Of a DNA stretch of 64,000 nucleotides, positions 1 through 11,680 are shown piece by piece (position 1 is the stretch's first letter; the number at the start of each line of letters is the position of its first letter). Origin of the DNA: Octopus vulgaris (Eukaryota). The translations under genes and the position numbers were made by a program. The stretch covers positions 51,956,001 to 52,020,000 of the forward strand of contig OX597828.1 of the NCBI GenBank assembly GCA_951406725.2, written 5' to 3'. The notes beneath the pieces were generated by a model, which saw only the letters and a list, made by a program, of their open reading frames with translations, did no database searches and was not told the DNA's origin.

Positions 1-77
1 GGGAAATCTCGTTGTCATAACCGACGGAATGTCAGTTCTTGTGTTTCAGTATTGTTTTAACATAAGACAATACAAGG

Positions 78-521
78 GGATTTTTTCAGTTTGAACGGCA
101 GTTTTTAACATAATTTCTAGGTAACTAAAAAATTTTAAACTTCGTATTCTGGTAGAATGTGTTTATAAAACATCTTTTTCTCTTGGCTTTATTGAGAAAA
201 CTCTATAGTTTGTAAGATATTTGTCGTTTTTTTTCTTCAATTTCTGCAATTCCAACCAGTCAGTGACGTCTATTGAGTTAAAAAGCATTCTTTGCCGTAT
301 GAATATGTCCCTCGTTTAAGAAACAGATTGGGTTTATTTACATTTGTGAAGAAAAAAAGATACCCTTCCCCCACCCCTAACCCTAACTCTAACCCTAATC
401 CTAACTAACCTTAACCCTAAAAGAGATTGAAATGCAATAGATCGATTCCAGGGTTATAATTATGGGCGACAATTTCATATGACACCGCTAGAAAAAACTG
501 CCGTTCAAACCGAAAAGATCC
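78..521. mobile_element. MITE with ~30-bp TIRs, 8-bp TSD and internal (CCCTAA)n-like tract (Merlin/hAT-type non-autonomous DNA element)
   Basis: Left TIR ggattttttcagtttgaacggcagttttt (from 78) matches the reverse complement of aaaaaactgccgttcaaaccgaaaagatcc (ending 521). Flanks atacaagg (70-77) and atacaaag (522-529) match 7/8. Degenerate ccctaa repeats at ~375-420. Confidence 0.8.
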
Positions 522-671
522 ATACAAAGATTTCGATGGCTGTTATTTCACTATAAGTAGATTTGTTTGGACAAGTTATTCATTGGCTTTTCTTCACTCG
601 TTTGTACAATCACATAAACTTAGATTTTCACATACATAAGTAGATTTATGAACTATATCTTTCCCAATATT

Positions 672-900
672 AGGGCGGCGAGCTGGCAGAAACGTTAGCG
701 CGCCGGGCGAAATGCGTAGCTGTATTTCGTCTGCCGTTACCTTCTGGGTTCAAATTCCGCCGAGGTCGACTTTGCCTTTCATCCTTTCGGGGTCGATAAA
801 TTAAGTACCAGTTACGCACTGGGGTCGATGTAATCGACTCAACCCGTTTGTCTGTCCTCTCTATGCTTAGACCCTCGTGGGTAGTAAAGAAATATATATT
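672..900 (+). mobile_element. tRNA-derived SINE family A (Meta-domain-like central region)
   Basis: Head ggcggcgagctggcagaaacgttag, B-box-like ggttcaaattcc, central gcctttcatcctttcggggtcgataaattaagtaccag. TSD tttcccaatatt at 660-671 and 901-912. Many further copies in the window. Confidence 0.9.
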
Positions 901-1084
901 TTTCCCAATATTTATGCTCATTGAAAGTGCTAAATTGTCACCTGTAGGGCGAGTGTCTCTTTGTAATTTGTGTCACTTGGCTTTCTTTAACTGACGTAGT
1001 GGTGCAGGGGAGAGGGGGGCCGTCTTGATAGTTACCAGCAAAGACAGACATCGACGAGACCTCATTAATTATTTACTCAACAGA

Positions 1085-1489
1085 ACATCGAGAGTGTGAC
1101 AGTTGGAGAGTGAGAGAGAGGTGGAGGATAGAGGACGGAAGAGAAATGCGTAAGATGGGAGGGGAGACAGGGGGTGGTTAAGAGAGTTGGAATGGGAGTG
1201 GGAGACAGTTGCAGGGGGAAACAGGTGGAGGGTGGGAGAAGGAGGGGAAGGTGGAGCGGTGAGAGAAGTGCAGGGGAGACGGGTGCAAGGGAGTCAGGTG
1301 GAGGGGAGACTTGTAGAGAGGGAGAAAATGGGGTAGAGGGGAAAGGGAGAGACGTAGGAAGCAGATGGAGGTTGAGACAATTGGAGGGGAGAGAAGGGAG
1401 GCCGGAAGAGGTGGCGGGTGAGACTGTTGGAGTGAGGACATGTACAGGAAGACTTAGGAGGAGGGGTGAGAGGGAGAAGACGAGTGAGC
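1085..1489. repeat. GA-rich (polypurine) low-complexity tract
   Basis: Almost pure G/A composition; explains the spurious ORFs 1174..1629 and 1178..1441. Confidence 0.8.
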
Positions 1490-1823
1490 GGAATATTATT
1501 CCTAACTTACATGGAAAAATTCAATTTAGAAATACTAAATCAAATTTCACAAAATATAATATATATATAAAAATTAGAAAAAAACACCTTTTATCAATTC
1601 AAAATGAACAATTAAATTACACCACCTAGAAAATTACATATAATAGAAATATTAAAAATAATAATAAAAACGTATATATATACGTTTTTATTATTATTTT
1701 GCAATTTACTTAATCATCGGTATATTATTGTTATTTTATTTTTAATATTTCTATTATATGTAATTTTCTAGATGGTGTAATTTAATTGTTCATTTTGAAT
1801 TGATAAAAGGTGTTTTTTTCCTA

Positions 1824-1907
<84 letters not shown>

Positions 1908-1970
1908 TTGTGAAATTTGATTTAGTATTTCTAAATTGAATTTTTCCCTGTAAGTTAGGAATAATATTCC
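1490..1970. repeat. Long inverted repeat with a perfect 46-bp internal palindrome (probable Penelope-type inverted terminus)
   Basis: ggaatattattcctaacttac... (1490-~1660) is the reverse complement of ~1735-1970, whose arm is interrupted by an expanded (TA)n. 1655-1700 is a perfect palindrome. Confidence 0.85.
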
Positions 1971-2101
1971 CTCAAATTATTAAGATCTACGAGTATATTT
2001 ATTAACGAGATTACAAAATAGTATAGTACCACCATTGCTAGAAACAAGAGTCAAAAAACGACTCAGTTAACCACAAAAAGCATTTATATTAATAGGTTGA
2101 T

Positions 2102-2407
2102 GAAAGCTATGTACCGTCGTGAGACAAGCTCAGAACTGAAATAAATATATCCATAATTTGTGATTTCGAACTCAGATGCTTTGCACCTCAGTTCTCGTCA
2201 ATGGATCTTACTGCGCCTAAGGTTAAGCATAACTCACCTAGTATTTAAGCACTTGTCTTTGAGCTGGCGATGCAAGTTATACTTAACCATAGGCGCAGTA
2301 AGATCCACTGGCGAGAACTGAAATGTAACGCATTAGAGGTCGAAATCAGGTGATATGGATATATCTGCTTCACTTGTGTACTTGTCTCACTACGGTGCGT
2401 AGCTTTC
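2102..2407. repeat. Gapless 133-bp-arm imperfect hairpin (foldback/MITE-like)
   Basis: 2102-2234 aligns without gaps to the reverse complement of 2275-2407 (~80% by manual count); 40-nt loop. Confidence 0.85.
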
Positions 2408-2506
2408 TCTCTCTATCTCTCTCTCTCTCTTTCATCAAGTACTTATTGTGGCTAATTGAGTTGTTTTTTTACTCTCTTTTCTAGCAAAGCTGGTACTATT
2501 TTGTAC

Positions 2507-2584
<78 letters not shown>

Positions 2585-2597
2585 TTTTTTTTTCATA

Positions 2598-3000
2598 TAA
2601 AAGTAGCCGCCCTCAGCTTTTCACCATGTCCTCGATACGATTCCGGAACCTTACGCATCCGTTTCTCACTCTGATCCTGGGATGATCTTCCAGCATCTCT
2701 TTAATCTTGACCGCTACATCGCATTTGACGTTGAGGGTACAGCGTTTGGTGTTTTTCTCAACCGCGCCTCTCACATAATAATCCATGGGTCTACAATCGA
2801 GAGAATTAGGAGGCCGGAAATTGGAGCTAGTGAAGTCGTGGGGATTCTTCGAGAACCAATTTTGACTCATTCTGGAAGTATGGTAAAGAGCTGAATCCTG
2901 CTCTCATACATTTAGCATTGGAGCAGCTGTTCTTCCGTAGCCAAGTTCTGACCATAATATCCAGCAGTTTCGCTGTTTCAATTTAGTCTAAAGCCCTGTT
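2598..3000 (-). pseudogene. Degraded maT/DD37D-like Tc1/mariner transposase C-terminus
   Basis: Minus-strand translation QQDSALYHTSRMSQNW...RPPNSLDCRPMDYYVRGAVEK...CVRFRNRIEDMV resembles QQDGAP.H...WPPNSPDLNPMDY.VW...RFR.RIE.VV. Confidence 0.75.
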
Positions 3001-3822
3001 CAAAGATATCGGGATGCTCTGTCCTCTTCTTCTGGTCACGGCTTCGCAGTTTCCACTGCAACAATCTATGTCACTTTTACACTCTGTACAGTTGTCATAG
3101 AACATTGAACAGCGGCCATTTATGATACCCAGCGGTAATCATCATGACACGAGTAACTTTATTCAAATATTCAGCTGGCTTCTATTCTGCCATGTCAGTT
3201 AACATTTTCTCAACTGCATCTTTAATCTTTATGCTCTCCAAACGCCGTGCATCAAGCTGTCTCCGAAACAAAAAGAAACGACATAAGATGTCACCATATT
3301 TAGCTTGAACACCTGGTACATATATGTATGCGTGTGTGAGTGTGCGTGCACAGTCTGGTCGCATTCTGCATTAAGAAACCCTCCAAAGATCTTACGGTCT
3401 TGGCAGAACGTTAGAGTGCAAAAAAAAGGTGCCTTGTAGCACTTCTTATATGTCATCATGTACTCTGTTCAAATCCCGCCGGGTTAAATTTATCACCCAT
3501 TTCAGGGCGGATAACCTACAGCAGCGATCCAAAACTGTGAAATGGTGGAAGTGATAGAATGCCAAACGGAATGTTTCGTAGTATTGGTACCGACACTTTG
3601 CATTCAGCGTATTTGGGTAGAAGACTTAATCTCCCTCTTGCATAACCACACCAACCTTACCGGTAACAACCTTTAGCTGGATTCGTTCTGTTGCAGTTTA
3701 CAGTTGAATAGAATTTCTGAGACTCTAGAAACTAAGCGGTGTCATAGATAATGTCCTTCTCTCCCTGACTAAACCGTAGAGAAAATGACTTGCCCTTCTC
3801 AAATACTGCAATATTTTAAATA

Positions 3823-4000
3823 TCTCTTATATAAAATCCGTTCTGTCTGTGTGTGTGTCTTCTCGGATCTCGGATATCCTCCATCCGATTGCGCTCAAAT
3901 TGGATATGTAGATACCGACGGTATCAGGACGTGTATAAGTCTTGAAAAAATTACAAAAATTGATTCCAGGTGAGAATGCGATCAATAAAGCCGGTTTTGT
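3823..4000 (+). mobile_element. Probable 5' part of a non-autonomous Helitron
   Basis: A|TC start (tctcttatataaaa), then tctgtctgtgtgtgt and ccatccgatt...aaattggatatg, the same layout as the Helitron at 32385. 3' CTAG end not identified. Confidence 0.45.
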
Positions 4001-5305
4001 CTTGCTTTTCCTCCGTCAACCTGTACATAACTGCACCTTCCATTTTTTGTTGTTTTGTACTGCTTAAATGCATGTTTCTTTCCTGCCAAGCTTACTGTTT
4101 AAACCATGTTTGTGTTCTCCCAGTCAACAGCCTTATCATCACTGGTATTTTAAACTCTTCGGTTGCTTATTTGTATGAATAAAATCGTTTTGCTTTGGAA
4201 TATTTCTTCTTTTGCTGGTGTCTCAAATTTAGGTTAAATCATTGTTTCTCAAAGGGGAGGCCTATGGGACGGTCGGACAAGTTGTTTCGAGAAAATTTGG
4301 TTTAAATGTTTGACAACTCAGCACTGTCCATTGGACGGGAGGCGTTTTGCTCGTACTGAATAAACAGAGTTCCAATTCATATAATTTATATATTTTAAGT
4401 GCAGTTCACTTCCGAACAGTCCAAGATAATTTAGCAAACACTTGAAAGAGACCTCCTCTTGTTGCACAACTCCAAGACGAATTACGAAGTTGCGGTGTCT
4501 CAATATTCATGCATCCACATACACACAGACACACACACACAGACACACACACATACATACACACACAAACAAACACACATACACATGCTGTCTAGCATCA
4601 ACCTAATTAATACTTCATTTATTCTCACCATATAATTATTTCTAGGAAATATTAATGCTTGGTAATATTCCTTGTATTATCGATGTAAATGCGAACGTAA
4701 CGTTTTTTTTTATCTCTCTGTAAGACAGTTCGTGTGAGATTCAGTTGAAGTTCTGGCTGTCTGGAGTGCATTAAACTGAACTCAAAATGCAAAAACTCAT
4801 TACTAACAGTACGGCAGTTGACGATGACACCTACAATAACCTCAGTGACTAAGCCAACAGAAGTATTTCATATTTAATCATCTGCTTTAATTGTCTCTTA
4901 TGTATTGAAAAGGCGTGTTTAGATTTAATATGTGTGTGTGAGTGTGTGTATGTGCTTGTGTGCACGTATGGATGTGTGAGAGTATTTGTGAATATATACA
5001 TATACTTATATACACACACACACACACATACACACATACATACATACACACACATATGTATATATATATATATATATATATATGTAGGCATACACACATA
5101 TTAGAAACATACATATACGTGTGCGGGGAGAGAGGAAAAGAATGAAGGCAAGAGAGTTAAAAGAAAGAAAGAAGGGAAGGAAGGAAGGCAGGATAGAAGG
5201 AAGGAACCAAGGAAGGAAGGAAGATCGAAGGAATGAAGGAATTAGTTTCAATTTCAGCAATTTTAACAAAACGTTCAAATGCGTTTAACTCCTGGACTGC
5301 ATATA

Positions 5306-5666
5306 TGGAAGCACTCCGTCGGTTACGACGACGAGGGTTCCGGTTGATCCGATCAACGGAACAGCCTGCTCGTGAAATTAACGTGTAAGTGGCTGAGCAC
5401 TCCAAAGACACGTGCAACCTTAACGTAGTTCTCGGGGATATTCAGCGTGACACAGAGAGTGACAAGGCCGGCCCTTTGAAATACAGGTACAACAGAAACA
5501 GGAAGTAAGGGTGAGAGAAAGTTGTGGCGAAAGAGTACAGCAGGGATCACCACTATCCCTGCAGTGTTTTCGCTCAATAAACACTCACAATGCCCGGTCT
5601 GGGAATCGAAACCGCGATCCTACGACCGCGAGTCCGCTGCCCTAACCACTGGGCCATTGCGCCTCC
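5306..5666 (-). mobile_element. tRNA-derived SINE family B
   Basis: Minus-strand head ggaggcgcaatggcccagtggttagggc...ggtttcgattccc (A and B boxes). TSD ggactgcatata at 5294-5305 and 5667-5678. Near-identical copy at 36629-37017. Confidence 0.92.
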
Positions 5667-5948
5667 GGACTGCATATAATGTAGATATTGAAACCACATT
5701 CTGGTAAATTCACGTCGGTGAAGAGACTTTCTCTCAGACAAACACTGCAGTATCATTCTTTTCAGATGTGTGTATACATTAAGTAAAAGACGCGTGTGAC
5801 TACTTTACTCTAGTTGATGTAGTATGCTGAAATATATTAATTAAATTTACGCAGAGACGAGAACAATAATTTGTAATCTGAGGTCCAGAGTTTTTTATAA
5901 GATTTTCTTCGTAATTGTTATAGTTACACATATGTATATCATGTAAGT

Positions 5949-6196
5949 GGAGGCGTGGGGCTTTGTGGTTAGGGTGTCAGCATCATGATCGTAAGATTGT
6001 GGTTTCGATTCCTGGACCGGGCGACGCGTTGTGTTCTTGAGCAAAACACTTCATTTCACGTTGCTCCAGTCGACTCTGCTGGCAAAAATGAGTAACGCCG
6101 TGAAGGACTGGTGTCCCATCCAGCTGGGGAACACATACGCCATAGAAACCGGGAAATTGGGCCCATGAGCCTGGCTAGGCTTTAAAAGGCGCATTT
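5949..6196 (+). mobile_element. tRNA-derived SINE family D (CORE/V-domain-like)
   Basis: Head ggaggcgtggggctttgtggttagg, B box ggtttcgattcct, ttcttgagcaaaacactt core, and a tggtgtcccatccag...catagaaaccggga segment. Confidence 0.75.
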
Positions 6197-6230
6197 ATTT
6201 TTATCATTATATATCATATAAGCATGTATA

Positions 6231-6261
<31 letters not shown>

Positions 6262-6291
6262 TTCTACCTGACATGCCATCTAGATTTTTTT

Positions 6292-6392
6292 GCACTGCGT
6301 GGCATTATTGGGCAAGTGTGTTTTACTATAGCCTCGGGTTGATTAAAGCATTTTGAGTAGAATTGGTAGACGTGAGCTGAAGAAGCCCGTCG

Positions 6393-6395
<3 letters not shown>
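6292..6395 (+). mobile_element. SINE family C fragment
   Basis: cactgcgtggca...ggcaagtg...actatagcctcggg...agaagcccgtcg matches the full copies such as 7906-8310. Confidence 0.75.
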
Positions 6396-6424
<29 letters not shown>

Positions 6425-6430
6425 TGTATG

Positions 6431-6506
<76 letters not shown>

Positions 6507-6592
6507 TAATAAAAGGGTGAAATGACACTGAGTTGAGATGACGCATTCTAGTATCTCAAAATTTAATATACAATTATTCATAATTGTAGTAT

Positions 6593-6684
6593 CCTGCGCC
6601 GATGAGAGAAGAAGTCTGGGTAAAGTAGAATTTTCTAATTCTTATGCTATCCTAAAACTTGATCTCGAAACGTACGTCCGTAGG
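6593..6684 (+). ncRNA. Type I hammerhead ribozyme (core CCGAUGA, extended stem II, GUC site)
   Basis: Stem I cctgcg/cgtagg; core ccgatga 6599-6605; stem II gaga...tctc with a long internal hairpin; gaaa 6667-6670; palindromic stem III a-cgtacg-t; predicted cleavage after C6678. Confidence 0.8.
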
Positions 6685-7181
6685 TAACTTAAAATTGCAT
6701 GATCGATTGCCGTCATTTCATTCTTTCTTTCTTACCTGTCTGTGTTTGCCCTTTAAGTGCTGTGTTTTTACTGAGATCCCCCTTTTAGTAGAAGGAATAG
6801 CTATATCTCTTTGACTGCTATTTCTAAATTCGGTGTGTTGGTGAGGCAATTCGTTGCTAAACCCTTAATTACTTAGTATTACTTAAATTTTCCTCGAATG
6901 GGGCTTTTACATGCCGAAATCTACTTGGTGTAATTGATAATTATCCCTAATTAATTAATTTCACCCTTTTATTATTACTGATAACCATATTTTATCCCAG
7001 TAAATGACCACAGCATTTTGTCTTGGCTACACGCGGGTGGAAGGGGGCTGGTGACACAAACTTTCATTCAAACTTTGAATTTCGTGGTACTGGTCATGCT
7101 TTGGCTCGCTCTGACACTGAGTTGAGATGACGCATTCTAGTATCTCAAAATTTAATATACTATTATTCATAATTGTAGTAT

Positions 7182-7274
7182 CCTGCGCCGATGAGAGAAG
7201 AAGTCTGGGTAAAGTAGAATTTTTCTAATTCTTATGCTATCCTAAAACTTGATCTCGAAACGTACGTCCGTAGG
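7182..7274 (+). ncRNA. Type I hammerhead ribozyme, second tandem copy
   Basis: Same motif as 6593-6684; predicted cleavage after C7268, 590 nt downstream of the first site. Confidence 0.8.
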
Positions 7275-7712
7275 TAACTTAAAATTGCATGATCGATTGC
7301 CGTCATTTCATTCTTTCTTTCTTACCTGTCTGTGTTTGCCCTTTAAGTGCTGTGTTTTTACTGAGATCCCCCTTTTAGTAGAAGGAATGGCTATATCTCT
7401 TTGACTGCTATTTCTAAATTCGGTGTGTTTGTGAGGCAATTCGTTGCTAAACCCTTAATTACTTAGTATTACTTATATACATATATATATATATATAATT
7501 CATATAAAATATCGTGTACATTAAAACACATCAAGAGGCTTCCATCATAGGAAAACCTTGCGTTAGAAAGAACAGTTAAAAATGCATACCACTAATTATG
7601 GATCGCAAGAAAAGCGGAAAATACGTGAAAAGCCGATTTATATTTTCTCAATATCTATTTGAGGTAAACAATAAGCCTCACAAAGCGAGATATCATATTA
7701 ACACTCACAAAT

Positions 7713-7806
7713 GGCGTAGGATCGGCTGAGTGATAAGTAGCTTGCTTACCAACCATATGGTGTCAGGTTCAGTCCCACTGCGTGGCACGTTGCGCAAGTG
7801 TCATCT
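7713..7806 (+). mobile_element. SINE family C 5' fragment
   Basis: ggcgtaggatcggctg...ggttcagtcccactgcgtggcac matches the family C head. Confidence 0.75.
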
Positions 7807-7905
7807 GAATGTATTACATACACATAAAATGTAATACAATATAGCATGATATAAAATATAATATATGTGTGTGTATATACATGTGTGTGCATAAATATAT
7901 ATATA

Positions 7906-8072
7906 GGCGCAGGAGTGGCTGTGTGATAAATAGCTTGCTTATGAACTATATGTTTCCGGGTTCAGTCCCACTGCGTGGCATCTTGGGCAAATGTCTTCTA
8001 CTATAGCATCGGGCCGACCAAAGCCTTGTGAGTGGATTTGGTAGACGGAAACTGAAAGAAGCCTGTCGTATG

Positions 8073-8105
<33 letters not shown>

Positions 8106-8310
8106 TTGTGTGTATGTGTGTTTGTACCCCTAGCATTGCTTGACAACCGATGCTGGTGTCTTTACGTCCCCGTCACTTGTCGTTTCGGCAAAAAGAGACC
8201 GATAGAATAAGTACTGGGCTTACAAAGAATAAGTCCCGGGGTCGATTTGCTCGACTAAAGGCGGTGCTCCAGCATGGCCGCAGTCAAATGACTGAAACAA
8301 GTAAAAGTAA
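7906..8310 (+). mobile_element. tRNA-derived CORE-like SINE family C with internal (TA)/(TG) microsatellite
   Basis: Head ggcgcaggagtggctgtg, B box ggttcagtccc, core cttgggcaaatgtctt, internal microsatellite, tail ggcggtgctccagcatggccgcagtcaaatgactgaaacaagtaaaag. More than 10 copies or fragments in the window. Confidence 0.92.
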
Positions 8311-8770
8311 AAAAAAGTAAAATTAAAGTATATACATACATAGATACACATGCATACGCACATGCATGCATACATACATACATGCATACATACATACATT
8401 CATACATACATACACACATGACGTGACGACGGTGTTGTTGGAATGGATGATGATAATGTAGAGCTGGTAACAACTGAAGCAGATTTAGTATTTGATATAC
8501 GTGTAAAATAAAGCCGCTGGTTAAGATCTATGAAAAGAAAAGAACTGAAAAAAATTAAGTGTCGACGCTTACAACAAATGCATGCGCACTGTGCTGTTTA
8601 ATTAGTTCTGCATTATACAACGTACATAAATCAGGAGCACTTGCTATACACTCGTTTCTTGGATACGGAACTCTAAAAGGTATTTTTCTTCGATATCTAC
8701 ATCGGGTTATCTCAAAATATGTTTATTATCGTACGAACAAGAAAGAGAAACTGTATCATACATACATACA

Positions 8771-8804
<34 letters not shown>

Positions 8805-8932
8805 CATACATACGCACACACATACAAATTTCTATACAATATGATGGCAAATAAGCTAGTTCTAGCTAATTATAAATAGATTAAAGGTTCGTAGGTGTTT
8901 ACATGTAGAGGAGGGACGCATATGTATTTATA

Positions 8933-9071
<139 letters not shown>

Positions 9072-9120
9072 TACATATAGATATGTATATATGTGTTTGT
9101 GCGTATGTGTGTTTATGTAG

Positions 9121-9150
<30 letters not shown>

Positions 9151-9155
<5 letters not shown>

Positions 9156-9368
9156 TAATCCAAACAAGAAAACACAGAAAAAAAGAGAAAAAAACACAGC
9201 AACGCAGGACGTGGAACAATTAAAGTATTATTGCCGCTCAGGAAAGAAGGGAAGGAGGGCTTAACGTTTCGAGCGGAGCTCTTCGTCAGAAACAAGGAGA
9301 AGGAAAGATCCCAAGGAGGGAAGACAGAGGAGACAATATTTGAGCTGGTGGTGCTTAAGAGATCACAT
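9151..9368 (-). mobile_element. Short Penelope-like non-coding element inserted in (TA)n
   Basis: Flanked by (TA)n on both sides, carries a minimal hammerhead, and is homologous in layout to 49797-49988 and 52250-52430. Confidence 0.7.
9260..9292 (-). ncRNA. Minimal type I hammerhead ribozyme (canonical core)
   Basis: Minus strand: ttt ctgacga a gagc-tcc-gctc gaaa cg tt aag; palindromic ACGU stem III; GUU site. Confidence 0.8.
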
Positions 9369-9369
9369 G

Positions 9370-9452
<83 letters not shown>

Positions 9453-9776
9453 TGTGTGGAGATAGAGAGAGAGAGAAACAGAGAAAAAGGGAGTAGTATA
9501 GTTTTGGTTTACGAAGAGCTCTCTGATAAATATAAATTTTATCTGTTTTTCTTTTCAGCTCATAAGATACAATTTTAAAATAAGAAAATAAAACAGGTTT
9601 ATGGTTTGTACTTTTGCTGTCTGTTTGGAAATCTTCAAAAAATCTACTGGGAAAAGTGATCCTAAAGTTTAAAGGCTGAAATACTAGGCAACAGCACTAA
9701 CTACAGATCAAAATTACAAATTTTGGATTGCTTCGGCTTTGAAAATATAAGTAAGAACACTTATGCATACTTAAAC

Positions 9777-9833
<57 letters not shown>

Positions 9834-10262
9834 AAGAGAGAGAAGTATATATATATAGGTAAACATATACAATCAGGTGGTATGCCAAGTGATTACTACT
9901 TGTTACTTTCATATCATTTTCTTATGATTACAGCCGTTTCGTATTCTCAATTTAATTGTATTAATTATTTCACCTCCTAGACATATTTTCTGTTTGCATA
10001 TCCAGGATTATCGGTTGCGAGAAGTTAAGCTATATTTTAATTTAATTCCTATGTGAACTGATAGTCGATTCCTTTGGCGAGAACTTATCTAAATTCTGGA
10101 TACTTTGAATTCAAGTTTTGATTTTATTTGTGTGTGTTTATGTGTGTGCGTGTATATATATTTAAATATGTGTGTGTGCGTGTGTGTGTGTATATATATA
10201 TATATGAGTGTGTGTGTGTGTGTTTATGTATATATATATGTATATTTATTCATACATATATA

Positions 10263-10330
<68 letters not shown>

Positions 10331-11379
10331 TGTATACATGCGTGTGCATTTATTTTGGGGACATTGTCTATATCATTATATCCCAGCAAGATTTGTGTCC
10401 GTATAAGTATTTATAAAGTCTATACATATTTATGAGTTCAAGTATTTCTTTATTTCTTTATTTCTTTATAAAGAAATATGCATATGCATACAGTAAGCAT
10501 GTGTATTGTGAAACTCTCGTGGGGCCCCAAATATGCAACCTTTCGGTCATAGTCCTTTTCCAAGTTTGTAATGACAAAGCTAAATATATATCACAGACTT
10601 TGCACTTGTATTACACTAATTTGTAAGATATACATCCCCATTAAGAGTTTAACTGGCAGAAAAGTAAGTGTCTAATCAATAAAATAGTCACAGTATATGA
10701 TTCCTTAGCTGCGTTCTGGTTAAAAAGTGGATTCTTATTCGATTCTGACTTGCTTTCCATTGTACGATTCAGGTCACATGCAGAAAATTGTAGCATATTG
10801 TTCAGATGATTCGCTGCAAAATGCTATAAGACAGCAGAAAGCAACTACAATTTGAGGGAGGTTACTTGACCTTCATTATGTTTCATTAGCATTGGAATTC
10901 TTCGGATTTCCCAGAGGTTATTTTCATCGTTAGTTTAGAACGAGTTCTCTTCTGTGACTGTAAATAATTTATATGTCTAGAGAGTTGACAAGGTGATAAA
11001 GTGTCTACGTGTTAATGGGTCGCTTTACATTTACAGTACATAGAAACATGTGTTGTTGTTTACGATCAGTAACTAGCGACTCGACGATGAAGATATAAAT
11101 ATTGGAAAGGATTTTAAAGTACTCTGTTTCAAGAGCAGGTGTATAGATAGAGCAGCATCGTTGCAAAGAAGAGGAGGAGTACAGTTAGAAAGCAAAATGA
11201 AGAGATTCTGTTTGAGTGATGTCAGGGATGGTTGGTGAAAGACAGATTGAATATTTTAGTGATAAAGAAAGCAGAAATGAGTATGGGGGATAGATGTAAG
11301 ACAATGGGGAGGGGTGGAAAATGTAACAATATCACTCGTAGAGGGATAGCATTAAAGACAGGTATGAAGTGTAGCAATA

Positions 11380-11680
11380 AAGATAGAGTTAAATATGCGT
11401 GTAAAGGAACAGAAACTCCGGTTTTTGTGAATGTCTGTATATGGCATTGTAAGAAGTAGTTAGGAAAAAACAACCGATAGGTGTAGAAACTGCAATATTC
11501 AATACATGAAAGAATTCATTGGAAGTATTTTATAGAAACTTTAACACAATGCAGGTGAAAAGAACCGAGGGATGTATTTAAAAAAAAAATTAACGCAGTA
11601 AATTGTGTATGCGTAAATTTGGAGGGATGTCTTACAAGTGAATGTTCATTCATTACAGATGAAATAACGCTGGTGTAAAA
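11380..11680 (-). pseudogene. Heavily degraded Penelope-type GIY-YIG endonuclease remnant
   Basis: Minus-strand fragments read ...GSFTC..., SC..C...Y.IG and ...GVSVPLH in the order expected for PLE endonucleases; many frameshifts and stops. Confidence 0.4.

Larger units (their letters stand above)
6506..7475 (+). mobile_element. Non-coding retrozyme/Penelope-like element: two ~363-bp direct repeats, each with a hammerhead, around a 226-bp spacer
   Basis: 6523-6885 and 7112-7475 differ at about 4 positions. 6506-6523 is an inverted copy of 6958-6975. Flanked by (TA)n on both sides. No ORF. Confidence 0.85.

Noticed and set aside
5590-5666. tRNA gene
   Set aside because: tRNA-like A/B boxes belong to SINE heads with TSDs and downstream SINE bodies; the same applies at 27842, 36119 and 36940.
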